DNA from: Cryomorphaceae bacterium
Lineage (GTDB): Bacteria; Bacteroidota; Bacteroidia; Flavobacteriales; Schleiferiaceae
Direction of reading: 5' to 3'
Assembly (NCBI GenBank): GCA_017858515.1
Contig: JAFMBM010000008.1
Coordinates: forward strand, 1,357-65,356
DNA length: 64,000 bases
This document shows positions 28,082 through 38,004 of this stretch, one piece after another. The notes under the pieces were generated by a model. The model was given only the letters and a program-made list of their open reading frames with translations. It was not told the origin of the DNA and did not search any database. Numbering within the stretch: the stretch's first letter is position 1; each line of letters opens with the position of its first letter. Position numbers and translations under genes: made by a program.

Positions 28082-30045
28082 ATGTTGGATGTCTTCCTTC
28101 TAAATGCAAATTTACTTATCAATGACTCAATAACTAGAAATAGAAATGCAAGCCATGCAAATACCTTCCACAGTTTGGAAGAACGACTCTCTGTGGACAA
28201 GTTTTGTGCCATAGACTCTAAGTCGATTACATTGCTATCAATTTCATCAAATAACTTGAAATCAAAGAGTTTGAGGTCACTTTCTTCTTTGTTAATATTT
28301 AACGCAATGCTTCCTATTGTATCCTTAGAATCAGATAATTTATAGTGCCCTGCTGAATTCATTTCTATGGAAAATTCGATAGATGTCAATCCATTCTTAT
28401 TTGCTTGAATTGGTAGGAAATTATTTCCATCCTTTGTTGCTTTCAGAGATTCTCCTTCAGGTAAAGAATATTTTAAATACTGTTTAGAGCCAAGTTTTGG
28501 AGTCATTTGGATGGCACCATAATGCATCGATTCGAATGCAGTATTAATTAAAATGGGAATAAGCAACTCACTATTTCTTAAACCGCCCCATTCTTTTTGA
28601 AGTCTGGTTGCAAAGACAAAGGCTTTTGTTTTTGCAGAAGACATTTCTAAAAAAAGTGGCCAGCTATCGCTAAAAGAGATAATCGATTGTCCAGAATTTG
28701 GATTGATTAATAGACGCTTTTTAGCATTTGGTAATTTTGGATTCGTTGGAAGTTCTTGAAATACTTTCGAAAAAATCTTATGGTCTGCATTAATCTTAGT
28801 TGAATTAAAAGAACCCGTATCTACTTCCAAATTCTTTTCACTTATAAACGGAGGAAGGTTTCCATTCACATCGGGAAAAACAAGTATAGACTTACCGTTT
28901 TCCCATTGTTTTTGAACCAGATCATAGATTCCTTGGTTGTCGAGATTCCAATCTGCTAAAACAATCAGATCAGCCGATTCGAGCATTTCAAAATTTGAAG
29001 TTGAATTTGAAAAAATATTCAATTCAAAATGATCCTCTGTATAAACCTTTTCCCAAGGATAGTCTAGGTCGCCGTTATCCCAAATTCGGACAGAAAATTT
29101 GGGGTTATAAGGCAGAGAAAAGTAGTAGCTATTGTCAAATTCTGCTTGTTTATCGTCAATTAAAATTCTACCATTCCTTTCTTTCCCCATTGCCAATTGC
29201 AGGCTAATGTCGGTAGAAGTATTGGGTGGAAGTTTTACTGTTTTGGCTGCCAAATTGGTGTTTCCTACCATTAGATTTATTGGCAAACTGCGTTCTTCAA
29301 ATCCGTGATTTTGCAGACGCGCCCACAATTCGGTCTCCATTCCTTCTAAGACTATTGGAGAGTCGAACCAAGCACTGTCAATACTTATATTCTCTGAATA
29401 ATTTGGAGTTTCGGTTGATACTAAAAATACAGAAGCCGGCAAGCTGTCCGCTGGATTGATTCCTTCCATAAAGGCCTGTTGAAAATCGCTAATAATGTAA
29501 AAAGGATCATTAGTTGCCTCAGACTCATATTTTCTTATTAGATCTGCTAAGGTGAAGCCTTTCGTTAAACTTGGGTTTAAATCGATTAATAAATCCGATG
29601 TCATACTTGGGCTTAACTTATTACTTAGGACATGGTTATTTGATAAAAGAATGATTTCACTGTCTTTGGGAAGCTGGTCTATCCATTTTTGAACACTTGA
29701 TTTAATTAATTGAAAATGAGTAGACTCACCCTCATTTACGGTCATACTATAGCTATTGTCGAGATACAGCCAGAAGCTTTTTTTTGTTGGACTTGAATCA
29801 AGATTATCGTCTAGGAAGGGCTTACTAAAGGCAATAACCAAGGCAGCAAGAGCGAGCAATCGCAAAGCAAGAAGGATGAATTCTTTTAATTTATTCCTCC
29901 AAGAGGTTTCCTTTCGAATGGATCGCAGAAAACGTGTATCACTAAAGTGAAGTGTTTTAAATGATCTAAAGCGAATTAGGTGGATGGCAATAGGCAGAAG
30001 CAAGGTTCCAAGGGCGAACAGAAATAAAGGAAATGCGAAATTCAT
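28078..30045 (-). CDS. BatA (aerotolerance regulator N-terminal) domain-containing membrane protein
   Basis: N-terminus MNFAFPLFLFALGTLLLPIAIHLIRFR plus a second TM, typical of the BatA N-terminal domain. C-terminal TM anchor. 655 aa. Confidence 0.65.
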   Translation of the reverse strand: MNFAFPLFLFALGTLLLPIAIHLIRFRSFKTLHFSDTRFLRSIRKETSWRNKLKEFILLALRLLALAALVIAFSKPFLDDNLDSSPTKKSFWLYLDNSYSMTVNEGESTHFQLIKSSVQKWIDQLPKDSEIILLSNNHVLSNKLSPSMTSDLLIDLNPSLTKGFTLADLIRKYESEATNDPFYIISDFQQAFMEGINPADSLPASVFLVSTETPNYSENISIDSAWFDSPIVLEGMETELWARLQNHGFEERSLPINLMVGNTNLAAKTVKLPPNTSTDISLQLAMGKERNGRILIDDKQAEFDNSYYFSLPYNPKFSVRIWDNGDLDYPWEKVYTEDHFELNIFSNSTSNFEMLESADLIVLADWNLDNQGIYDLVQKQWENGKSILVFPDVNGNLPPFISEKNLEVDTGSFNSTKINADHKIFSKVFQELPTNPKLPNAKKRLLINPNSGQSIISFSDSWPLFLEMSSAKTKAFVFATRLQKEWGGLRNSELLIPILINTAFESMHYGAIQMTPKLGSKQYLKYSLPEGESLKATKDGNNFLPIQANKNGLTSIEFSIEMNSAGHYKLSDSKDTIGSIALNINKEESDLKLFDFKLFDEIDSNVIDLESMAQNLSTESRSSKLWKVFAWLAFLFLVIESLISKFAFRRKTSNI

Positions 30046-30096
30046 ATTCTCTCTATTATTCTAAAATTGGGTAGCAAATCGCATTAAATTTGGGTT

Positions 30097-30477
30097 ATGC
30101 AAGATAGTGGGATTACAGTTGTTCTAGGGGCAAGTCCGAAAGTTGAGCGTTACTCAAATCGTGCAATGGAAATGCTTTGGCAGCACAGAATTGATTTTGA
30201 AGGAATTGGAAATAGGTCTTTCGAATTCAGAGAAAAAAAAATCATAAATAACATTGCCGAGTCGGAATGGAAAGCAAAGAAGATAGATACAATCAGCCTC
30301 TATCTAACTGCTAAAAACCAAGAGGTTTGGAAAGAATGGATTTTTCTCACCAAACCTCGGAGGGTTATTTTCAATCCTGGAACGGAAAATGAAGATTTTG
30401 AAAGAGCTTTGGAAGCAAGAGGTATTCTGGCTTTGCGAGAATGCACTCTTGTACTTTTAGCTACAAATCAATATTAA
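30097..30477 (+). CDS. CoA-binding domain protein
   Basis: 126 aa. [16 protein letters not shown] Rossmann-like start and FNPGTEN motif as in YccU/CoA_binding_2 proteins. Confidence 0.55.
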   Translation: MQDSGITVVLGASPKVERYSNRAMEMLWQHRIDFEGIGNRSFEFREKKIINNIAESEWKAKKIDTISLYLTAKNQEVWKEWIFLTKPRRVIFNPGTENEDFERALEARGILALRECTLVLLATNQY

Positions 30478-30791
30478 ATACGCACGGCAGTACCACTTGC
30501 GCTAACCATTAGCATGCTACCACCTTGTCCAATTACTTCATAGTCAAGATCAACACCGATAACGGCGTTTGCACCCATCATCCTTGCTGTGTCTTGCATT
30601 TCCTTTAAAGCTGTTTCGCGTGCTTCTTTAAGAACATTTTCATAAGCACCAGATCTACCTCCAACAATATCGCGAATACTCGCAAATATGTCTTTAAACA
30701 AATTTGCGCCAATAATGGTTTCTCCAGTAACAACTCCATAATATTCTTGAACTGGTTTTCCTTCAATGCTTGGGGTCGTAGTAACAATCAT
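30474..30791 (-). CDS. YbjQ family protein (UPF0145)
   Basis: [24 protein letters not shown]...[13 protein letters not shown] is typical of YbjQ. 105 aa. Confidence 0.85.
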   Translation of the reverse strand: MIVTTTPSIEGKPVQEYYGVVTGETIIGANLFKDIFASIRDIVGGRSGAYENVLKEARETALKEMQDTARMMGANAVIGVDLDYEVIGQGGSMLMVSASGTAVRI

Positions 30792-30859
30792 TTTTTTCTT
30801 TTTTTCTTTTTGGAAAGATAATAAAGCTAGAGCTCATTCAAAATAAGCACTTTTGTGAA

Positions 30860-31153
30860 ATGACAGATAAACATGTACCCGATGAAGATCCCTGGGAAAG
30901 CTTGAAGGAGAAGCTTCTCATGACTACAAAATGGCCTAGCATTTATATGTTTAAGTTCATAGTAAAGTCAAATAATCAGTCTATTGCAAAGGTGCAAGCG
31001 CTGTTCAATACCCAAGTGGCCCAAATTGAATCTAGAATTTCTAGGAATGGTAATTATGTAAGTATAACGGCCAAAGAAGTTATGATAAGTGCAGATGCTG
31101 TAATTGAAAGATACAAGGAGGCTTCTGAAATTGAAGGTGTTATGTCTTTATAG
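30860..31153 (+). CDS. DUF493 (YbeD-like) family protein
   Basis: 97 aa. The WPSIYMFKFIV beta-strand start and size fit DUF493. Confidence 0.5.
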   Translation: MTDKHVPDEDPWESLKEKLLMTTKWPSIYMFKFIVKSNNQSIAKVQALFNTQVAQIESRISRNGNYVSITAKEVMISADAVIERYKEASEIEGVMSL

Positions 31154-31164
31154 CTCTCAATAAA

Positions 31165-32076
31165 ATGCAAAAAAGAAAGAGGCAGTTTTTAATTTTGAAA
31201 ATACTAATGGGAAGTCTTGTTTTTTTTGCATTGCTTTTGGGCAGCACTCATTTTTTTACGCCATCAAACACTCCAGCTAATTTAGATTCACTCTTCGCCA
31301 GAACGGGTGGCTATAAGTCGGTTTACTTGGAAAAGTCAAATGGCAAACTTCATGGTGTTTTGGCCGGAAACAAGGAAGGTAATTTGCTCGTGTTTATTCA
31401 TGGTTCTCCAGGTTCTTGGACTGATTTTGCATCTATGGCAGATAGTTTTGAGCTTGATGAAAGTTATCAACTTCTGTTTATAGACCGCCCAGGTTTTGGA
31501 AATTCTGATCTTGAGCATTCAGGCATATTAATCGAACAAGCTACCTACATAGAAGAACTGATAAACCAGTTGGATTTAAATCTGACTAAAAGTGTTTTTG
31601 TCTTTGGCCATAGTTATGGCGGTCCTGTAGCCTGTGCCATGGCTGTTGAATTTCCTGAAAGAGTAGATGGCTTAGGTTTAATTGCACCTTGTATAGCTTG
31701 GCCATATCAAGTTCCGAAATGGTATAATTCCTTTGCTAGTTTTCTTCCTGTTAATTTATTACTAGGCGATTGGCTTAAAAATAGTAATAGGGAGATGGTG
31801 CGTTTATATGAAACCGAACTTTTGGATTTAGAAAAAAAGTTTTCGGAATTAAAGATGCCTATAGTTTATGTTCAAGGTGAAAAAGACATCCTTGTCGACA
31901 GTAAATCTGCAGAGTATTTCAAAGAGAGGTGCCGAGACTGTAAGGTTGAATTTATTATGGATCAAGAAATGAATCACTTCGTTCCTTGGAGCAATCCTGA
32001 TCTTATTTTCGAAGCAATTGAAGACTTAAATTCTACTACGAATACAAATCTGAAAGGGCAGAGGGGAGGGTTTTAA
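31165..32076 (+). CDS. Alpha/beta hydrolase
   Basis: HGSPGS oxyanion region and nucleophile elbow GHSYGG. N-terminal TM/signal segment. Confidence 0.8.
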   Translation: MQKRKRQFLILKILMGSLVFFALLLGSTHFFTPSNTPANLDSLFARTGGYKSVYLEKSNGKLHGVLAGNKEGNLLVFIHGSPGSWTDFASMADSFELDESYQLLFIDRPGFGNSDLEHSGILIEQATYIEELINQLDLNLTKSVFVFGHSYGGPVACAMAVEFPERVDGLGLIAPCIAWPYQVPKWYNSFASFLPVNLLLGDWLKNSNREMVRLYETELLDLEKKFSELKMPIVYVQGEKDILVDSKSAEYFKERCRDCKVEFIMDQEMNHFVPWSNPDLIFEAIEDLNSTTNTNLKGQRGGF

Positions 32077-32938
32077 ATTTATACTCGAAACCCAAGTATT
32101 CCGCTGTTTTTGAGTCCACTTTCTGACTCATTAGAGCAAGTGTACCCATTTCGCCCATTAATGCTTTGATCGCAAATCCTGGTACAGCAGGCAGCCAAAA
32201 AGGCCGTTTAAGCGCCTTTGCAAGATGCGATGAAAACGTTTTATTCGTTTCAGGCTTTGGTCCAGCCGCGTTAATTGGTCCTTGATGATTATGATTGTAT
32301 ACATGCACAAACAGCCTCGCAAGGTCTTCTGCATGAATCCAAGACATCCATTGTTTTCCACTGCCCAAGGCAGAACCAAATCCCATTCTAAATAAAGGGT
32401 CTACTTCACTAAGAACACCACCTTTTGGACTTAAAACAATTCCAATTCTCAGAGCAGCGGTTCGAATATTTAAACCTGAATGGATTTCTTCTAAGGCTTT
32501 TTCCCATTTTTGGGTAACGCTACCTAGGAAGTCGTTAGCAAAGGGGCCTTTTTCTGAGTACAGTTCTGTTAGAGAGCTTGGGTAAATGCCTACCGCCGAG
32601 GCACTAATAACAGCCTGAATAGAATGCTTTTCAAGTCGAAGGGCTTCTTTTAGGCAATCTAAAGTTTCAAGTCTGCTATCTAAAATAGTCTGTCTATAGA
32701 TGGCGGTCCATCTTTTAGACACAGTGGCGCCTGCCAAATTGAAGATAACGTCAACACCTTCCAGTGCGCCTTTTTCAATATACATTTTGGAAGGATTCCA
32801 AAGAAAGGCATTATTTGAACTTTTTTCTTTGTAAACCTTACTAGTGGTGAGGTGAACCACTTCCCATTTTTGGGAAATTAAGTAGTCTGTAAGGTAGCCC
32901 CCAACCAAACCACTTCCGCCTGTAATTAATGCCTTCAT
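32036..32938 (-). CDS. TIGR01777/YfcH-type epimerase family protein (NAD-binding plus DUF1731)
   Basis: MKALITGGSGLVGGYL Rossmann start. 300 aa. C-terminal GFEYKF motif typical of DUF1731. Confidence 0.75.
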   Translation of the reverse strand: MKALITGGSGLVGGYLTDYLISQKWEVVHLTTSKVYKEKSSNNAFLWNPSKMYIEKGALEGVDVIFNLAGATVSKRWTAIYRQTILDSRLETLDCLKEALRLEKHSIQAVISASAVGIYPSSLTELYSEKGPFANDFLGSVTQKWEKALEEIHSGLNIRTAALRIGIVLSPKGGVLSEVDPLFRMGFGSALGSGKQWMSWIHAEDLARLFVHVYNHNHQGPINAAGPKPETNKTFSSHLAKALKRPFWLPAVPGFAIKALMGEMGTLALMSQKVDSKTAEYLGFEYKFKTLPSALSDLYS

Positions 32939-32970
32939 ATTTAAATCTACAATAAACTTCTATGATTGTC

Positions 32971-33396
32971 TTAAAAAAGAAGTTTAACCAACTCCTTGTC
33001 TATGGGTAGATTAAACAGTTCTTGTTTCATTTTGTGCGAAGGAATCCAGCTTAGTTCTTGCATTTCAAATTCTGAACTTTTCAAATCAAAGAGATCCTCT
33101 TCATACATTGGTTTAACCAAATAATAAATACTAATAACTTGATCGAATGAAGAGAATGCAGAGGGTACAAAAAAGTCAGTTGTATAGATATGTTTAACTA
33201 CAGCAATAGGTAAATTAAGCTCTTCGAGAAATTCTCTCTTCAAACAATCAATAGTTCCTTCGCCCCATTCCAATCCTCCGCCTGGAAACTTTCGGTAAAG
33301 CTGCCCTTTAATCTTTTCTAAAGTAGTTAAGACTCTTTTTTCATGGTCTATTAAGATGCCATACACTCGAATATTAAAACGTTTCACATTTTCCAT
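32971..33396 (-). CDS. NUDIX hydrolase
   Basis: Nudix box GGGLEWGEGTIDCLKREFLEELN (GX5EX7REUXEEXGU pattern). Confidence 0.85.
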   Translation of the reverse strand: MENVKRFNIRVYGILIDHEKRVLTTLEKIKGQLYRKFPGGGLEWGEGTIDCLKREFLEELNLPIAVVKHIYTTDFFVPSAFSSFDQVISIYYLVKPMYEEDLFDLKSSEFEMQELSWIPSHKMKQELFNLPIDKELVKLLF

Positions 33397-34043
33397 GCAG
33401 CCAGCATTTCACGTTTACCCGGAGGTCCAGGTCTTTTTTCAACTTTGAAGCCCGCAGCCAGCATATTTCTTCTAACCTCTCCTTTTGCACAATAAGTTAC
33501 AAGAAGCCCGCCTGGAAGCATGCATTTATTTAAAGTCTCAAACATCAAAGTGCTCCACAATTCAGGTTGTGCTTCTGGAGAAAAGGCATCGAAGTAAATT
33601 AAGTGATGTTTGGGTTCAGAGCGGTAGTCAAGAAAATCAATTTGCTGTTTTTCAAAGAGAAAGTTCTTTTGGAGTTCAATCGTTGAATTCCATTTAGCCC
33701 TATGGATGCGCTGAAACTGTTCTGTTTGAAAAGAAGGAAGAATGGAAGTCCATTCTGGTTCGGATAGGGGATACTTTTCTAAACTGAGATAATTCACCTT
33801 TTTTTGAATTGAAGTCGATTCGAGGGTAACCAGAATATTCAGACCCGTTCCCATACCTATTTCAAGAATGGAAATTTCAGCTAAATACTCAAACATTACC
33901 AATCCATTTGCAATGAAAACATGAAGAGATTCTTGTCTTGCACCGTGTATTGAATGATAGTGTTGACTATATCTTTCGCTAAATAGAGAAAGGCTTCCAT
34001 CCTTCGTTCGGACTGGAAGCCTTTTATCTTCAAATTCTTTCAT
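33384..34043 (-). CDS. mnmD: tRNA (5-methylaminomethyl-2-thiouridine)(34)-methyltransferase MnmD
   Basis: SAM motif ILEIGMGTGLN and YFDAFSPEAQPELWS motif of the MnmC methyltransferase domain. Confidence 0.8.
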   Translation of the reverse strand: MKEFEDKRLPVRTKDGSLSLFSERYSQHYHSIHGARQESLHVFIANGLVMFEYLAEISILEIGMGTGLNILVTLESTSIQKKVNYLSLEKYPLSEPEWTSILPSFQTEQFQRIHRAKWNSTIELQKNFLFEKQQIDFLDYRSEPKHHLIYFDAFSPEAQPELWSTLMFETLNKCMLPGGLLVTYCAKGEVRRNMLAAGFKVEKRPGPPGKREMLAAWKM

Positions 34044-34050
34044 TAATCGG

Positions 34051-34488
34051 TTATTCGGTTGGAATCCGTAGCCTCTTAATCTTTGGAATCGGGCCTTGAC
34101 ACCTTGTTTGGTGACATTCTACACACGTTTTTATACTGGAATTGTAAGCCTCAATTTTTTCTTCTCGGGTCAAAGTCTTTATGCTTTCCATTTCCGCTAG
34201 ATATCTGTCGAGTAATTCATGAAAATTACTGTCGATTTCTCGAGGAGAAGTAGCTTGGGCCTTGTGTAAGTATTCCAATCCTTCAGGAAACACAGGCAAT
34301 TCACCTCCAGTTAGGATAGAATCACGAAGGACTTTATTAAATCCATAGATTCCTTCCATCATCCCTGCCATCTCAGACATATTGTACATAATCGGCTTAT
34401 CCTTTTCTGCGGGGATAACTGGATTTGTAGAAGTCTGCTGGTTACAACTGAAAAGTGACAGAATTGCTATGAATACAAAAATTCTCAT
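34051..34488 (-). CDS. Lipoprotein with C-terminal CxxCH motif (class II cytochrome c-like)
   Basis: Lipobox LSLFSC. Sequence looks helical, with a single heme-attachment-type motif CVECH about 20 residues from the C-terminus. Confidence 0.5.
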   Translation of the reverse strand: MRIFVFIAILSLFSCNQQTSTNPVIPAEKDKPIMYNMSEMAGMMEGIYGFNKVLRDSILTGGELPVFPEGLEYLHKAQATSPREIDSNFHELLDRYLAEMESIKTLTREEKIEAYNSSIKTCVECHQTRCQGPIPKIKRLRIPTE

Positions 34489-34979
34489 TCCAGAATAACG
34501 CCATTAGCCAAGAAGGTAACACTAACCACAGGTTCAGTAATGGCCGCAATTTCTTCATCTGAAGAACCGGCATCCATAGCCTTATGGCGAAGCCAATCAA
34601 CGCTTTGAGTATCTACTTTGGCCATTCCATCTAAGATAGCCATCCTTCCAGCTGAGTTCATCGGAACAAAGAATCCATAGTCCTTAAAACGAACGGTCAT
34701 GCTTTTGCCATTACCCATATCAACATCCATCCAACAACCTTTCTGTTGACAACACTCTTGGATTTCGCCTTTCACCTTAACCATGATAGAGTCTTTTCCT
34801 TCCATTGCTGCAATCAATTCTGTTGCACTTATCGCCCCATCAGGAGTAATAGTAGAATCACCGTAGATTTCTAGTTCTACAGTTTCAACAAGGGTTTCTT
34901 CCTCAGGTGCTGCTGCTTTTTGATTGCAACTAGAAATAATGAGGGAGAAAAACAGGCTAGCGAGGAGGATTTTTTTCAT
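34485..34979 (-). CDS. DUF4920 domain-containing lipoprotein
   Basis: Lipobox IISSC. Cys cluster ECCQQKGCWMD typical of DUF4920. 4-nt overlap with the downstream gene. Confidence 0.6.
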   Translation of the reverse strand: MKKILLASLFFSLIISSCNQKAAAPEEETLVETVELEIYGDSTITPDGAISATELIAAMEGKDSIMVKVKGEIQECCQQKGCWMDVDMGNGKSMTVRFKDYGFFVPMNSAGRMAILDGMAKVDTQSVDWLRHKAMDAGSSDEEIAAITEPVVSVTFLANGVILE

Positions 34980-35066
34980 TGCTTAAATTTTAGTGGTGCA
35001 AAGATAATTATTCAATGGGTACGATTAAATGAAATGCGATACCTTTGACCCAAACCCCCAGTTGAT

Positions 35067-36113
35067 ATGATTGAAATTCGAAAAATAGAGTCATCCAGAC
35101 TTCCTTCTACGGATTTTAGTGCCTTAGAATTTGGCAAAGCGTTCTCAGACCACATGCTTATTTGTGAGTTTAAAAATGGCCAATGGGGCCAGGCTACCAT
35201 ACTTCCTTACCAAGATTTGAACTATCCTCTCTCTTTGCACGCCTTGCATTACGGTCAGGCTGCTTTTGAGGGAATGAAAGCGTATCGTCAAATAGACGGC
35301 GGTATTGCACTGTTTAGACCAGAGATGAATTACGAACGGTTAAACAGATCGGCGGTACGTCTTGCCATGCCTGAAGTTCCTAAGGAGGTCTTTATGGAAG
35401 GCTTGAAAAGCTTAATTGATATAGATAGAGAGTGGGTTCCAAAGGAAGAGGGAATGTCATTGTATATCCGACCATTCCTTTTCAGTAGCTCATCATTTAT
35501 AGCGGCAAGGCCAAGTGAGTCTTATACTTTTGCCATCATCACTTCACCCGTAGGTCCTTATTATACAGGAAATGTCAAGGTGAAAATAGAAGAACAATAC
35601 ACTCGTTCTGCTGCAGGTGGAATTGGTTTTACTAAGGCGGCAGGAAATTATGGAGGAGCATTTTATCCAACCCGTAAGGCTGTAGAAAAAGGCTATACTC
35701 AAATTATTTGGACAGATCATAAAGATCACAGACTCATTGAAGAGTCTGGAACAATGAATATTATGTTCAGGATAGGGGGAACTATGCGGACTCCTCCTTT
35801 AAGTGAGAGAATATTGGCTGGAATTACGAGAGACAGTATTCTTACACTGTTGCGCAGTTGGGGAGAAATTGTGGAAGAGCGACCGATTACGGTTGATGAA
35901 GTAGTTTATGCCGCTGAAAATAATTACCTGGAAGAAGCGTTCGGCATGGGAACTGCTGCGGTTGTTAGTCCAATAAGTACTATAGGATTTAGAGAAAGAG
36001 ACTTTGAAGTACCCAATAGCTCCGAAGGCATAGCAATGAAAATTAAGAATGCCTTGAATGAAATCCGAACAGGAAAGGTAGCGGATAAAAACGGTTGGAT
36101 GCTAAGACTCTAA
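35067..36113 (+). CDS. ilvE: Branched-chain amino acid aminotransferase
   Basis: Fold-type IV motifs HYGQAAFEGMKAYR, IRPF and TKAAGNYG. 348 aa. Confidence 0.9.
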   Translation: MIEIRKIESSRLPSTDFSALEFGKAFSDHMLICEFKNGQWGQATILPYQDLNYPLSLHALHYGQAAFEGMKAYRQIDGGIALFRPEMNYERLNRSAVRLAMPEVPKEVFMEGLKSLIDIDREWVPKEEGMSLYIRPFLFSSSSFIAARPSESYTFAIITSPVGPYYTGNVKVKIEEQYTRSAAGGIGFTKAAGNYGGAFYPTRKAVEKGYTQIIWTDHKDHRLIEESGTMNIMFRIGGTMRTPPLSERILAGITRDSILTLLRSWGEIVEERPITVDEVVYAAENNYLEEAFGMGTAAVVSPISTIGFRERDFEVPNSSEGIAMKIKNALNEIRTGKVADKNGWMLRL

Positions 36114-36616
36114 ACAGGTAAACTGTTTTTGAGAAAACTATCGACTAAATTGATTTGAAACGAACTTCTGAATTCTTCAAGATTGCGAACGGCAAGATTG
36201 TAAACCTTCGCGTCTAATCCAATTTTACCAAGTTTGACTTCTTTTTTAGCTTCCAAAAAGGGAATGTTAATGATGGTATTGTCATTTAACTGAATGGGAA
36301 CAATTGCATTGTTTAGAAATTCAGTCTGGAATTCCGCTTCAAGGCTTTTGAGTAAATGCACACTTCCATCAATAGAACAGCCAGATGCAATCGAATCTGG
36401 ATGGACAATGAATATAACAAATTGATTCTTGAATAAAGAAAAATCAGCTTTTAAAGGACTTCCATGTGATTTCCAGTTTTGCACAAAATAGTCCAGTTTT
36501 CTATTTAGCATTTCCAATTGGTCAGAGGAAAGTGGGTTAGACGAATTATAAACCCAAACAGAGCTATTGGCAGGATATCCAGGGAAAATTCCAGAAAAAG
36601 TTTCATTCTCTATCAT
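36110..36616 (-). CDS. Hypothetical protein, last gene of the Fe-S oxidoreductase operon
   Basis: 168-aa ORF. Its start overlaps the upstream stop by 4 nt. No motif recognised. Confidence 0.55.
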   Translation of the reverse strand: MIENETFSGIFPGYPANSSVWVYNSSNPLSSDQLEMLNRKLDYFVQNWKSHGSPLKADFSLFKNQFVIFIVHPDSIASGCSIDGSVHLLKSLEAEFQTEFLNNAIVPIQLNDNTIINIPFLEAKKEVKLGKIGLDAKVYNLAVRNLEEFRSSFQINLVDSFLKNSLPV

Positions 36617-37401
36617 TGCTTGAAAGTATTGTCAAGTAGCTCACTTACATCGTAGACTTTTACAGATGCTTCTTTCTCTTTAGCCTTAATTCCATCCGTG
36701 ATCATAGTGTTGCAAAAGGGGCAGCCCACTGCAATAATTTCTGGATTGGTTTCAAGAGCTTGTTCGGTGCGTTCTACGTTTACGTCCTTATTGCCTTTCT
36801 CCGGCTCCTTAAACATTTGTGCACCTCCAGCACCACAGCAAAGCCCTTTTTCTTTGCAGCTTTTCATTTCAGAAATATTGGATTCTAACTCTGAGAGAAG
36901 AGCTCTTGGCGCTTCGTATTCGTCGTTCGCTCTACCCAAATAACAAGGGTCATGGAAGGTAATGCGCTTTCCTTTATACTCACCACCTTCAACCTTTAAT
37001 CTTCCATCATTCAATAAAGTACGCAAAAATTGAGTGTGATGCAAAACTGTATATTTCCCTCCCAATTGGGGATATTCATTCTTTAACGTATTAAAACAAT
37101 GAGGGCAAGCAGTAACCACTTTTTGAACATCGTAGCCATTTAGCACTTCGATGTTCATCATTGCTTGCATTTGAAACAGGAACTCATTACCTGCTCGCTT
37201 CGCTGGATCGCCAGTGCAACTTTCTTCGGTACCTAGAACGGCAAATTGTACACCAGCTCTATTGAGAAGACGAACGAAGGATCGAGTTACCTTTTTAGCA
37301 CGATCATCGAAACTACCAGCACAACCAACCCAAAATAGCACTTCTGGTTTTTCGCCTGCAGAAGCGTATTCTGCCATTGTTTTTGCATTGTTCAATTCCA
37401 T
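36613..37401 (-). CDS. (Fe-S)-binding protein with two CCG cysteine-rich domains (HdrD/GlpC C-terminal type)
   Basis: CPHCFN...DPCYLGR and CCGAGG...GCPFCNTM motifs. ATG at 37401 (MELNNAKT) is preferred over the 5'-extended ORF. Confidence 0.8.
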   Translation of the reverse strand: MELNNAKTMAEYASAGEKPEVLFWVGCAGSFDDRAKKVTRSFVRLLNRAGVQFAVLGTEESCTGDPAKRAGNEFLFQMQAMMNIEVLNGYDVQKVVTACPHCFNTLKNEYPQLGGKYTVLHHTQFLRTLLNDGRLKVEGGEYKGKRITFHDPCYLGRANDEYEAPRALLSELESNISEMKSCKEKGLCCGAGGAQMFKEPEKGNKDVNVERTEQALETNPEIIAVGCPFCNTMITDGIKAKEKEASVKVYDVSELLDNTFKQ

Positions 37402-37402
37402 A

Positions 37403-38002
37403 TTACGGGATATTATAGGGAAGATAAATTCTATTGTCAAGAGTGCGAAAAGCAAGCAAAGATCCAGTTGTATCACAAATGGCTTCCATTGAAGTTTGGG
37501 TACTTTTCAAGACAAAAACACGACTGAAGTTCAATCCATACCAATCAATCGTATCGGTTTCAAAGGAGCTCATTCCTTCTATACTTACACTGTCTGAAAG
37601 CCTAGGAAAGAGTTGAATAAAACTCGATAAATAAAGGGCACTATTGGCATTTGAAGAACGTTGAAATCGAAATTCTACTGCATCTATTTTAGGATCGATT
37701 TGACTTGGAATTTTCTCTTTTGTTCTTGCTATTGCCTGGAAGTACAGGGTGTCGAAGAAATTGCGATTCGTAACAGTGTATAACTGCCTATTATTTGAAA
37801 TAGAGAAGGCAGAATTTATGCGAACAGCCACCGTACTATCTTGGATGTTGTTGTACCAACCGCTAAGAGTAGCCGCTTGATTTACAAACGTAACTGCATC
37901 TTGACCTACAGGAATATAATAGGAGTCTGAATCCTTAACACAAGAGCTAAAGATCACTGTAATGCTAATTATTACTGAAAAATATTGGAGTTTAAACGGC
38001 AT
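37403..38002 (-). CDS. Hypothetical lipoprotein inserted between the two Fe-S subunit genes
   Basis: Start MPFKLQYFSVIISITVIFSSC has a lipobox. It is packed 2 nt after the upstream stop and 1 nt before the downstream start. Confidence 0.55.
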   Translation of the reverse strand: MPFKLQYFSVIISITVIFSSCVKDSDSYYIPVGQDAVTFVNQAATLSGWYNNIQDSTVAVRINSAFSISNNRQLYTVTNRNFFDTLYFQAIARTKEKIPSQIDPKIDAVEFRFQRSSNANSALYLSSFIQLFPRLSDSVSIEGMSSFETDTIDWYGLNFSRVFVLKSTQTSMEAICDTTGSLLAFRTLDNRIYLPYNIP

Positions 38003-38004
38003 AA

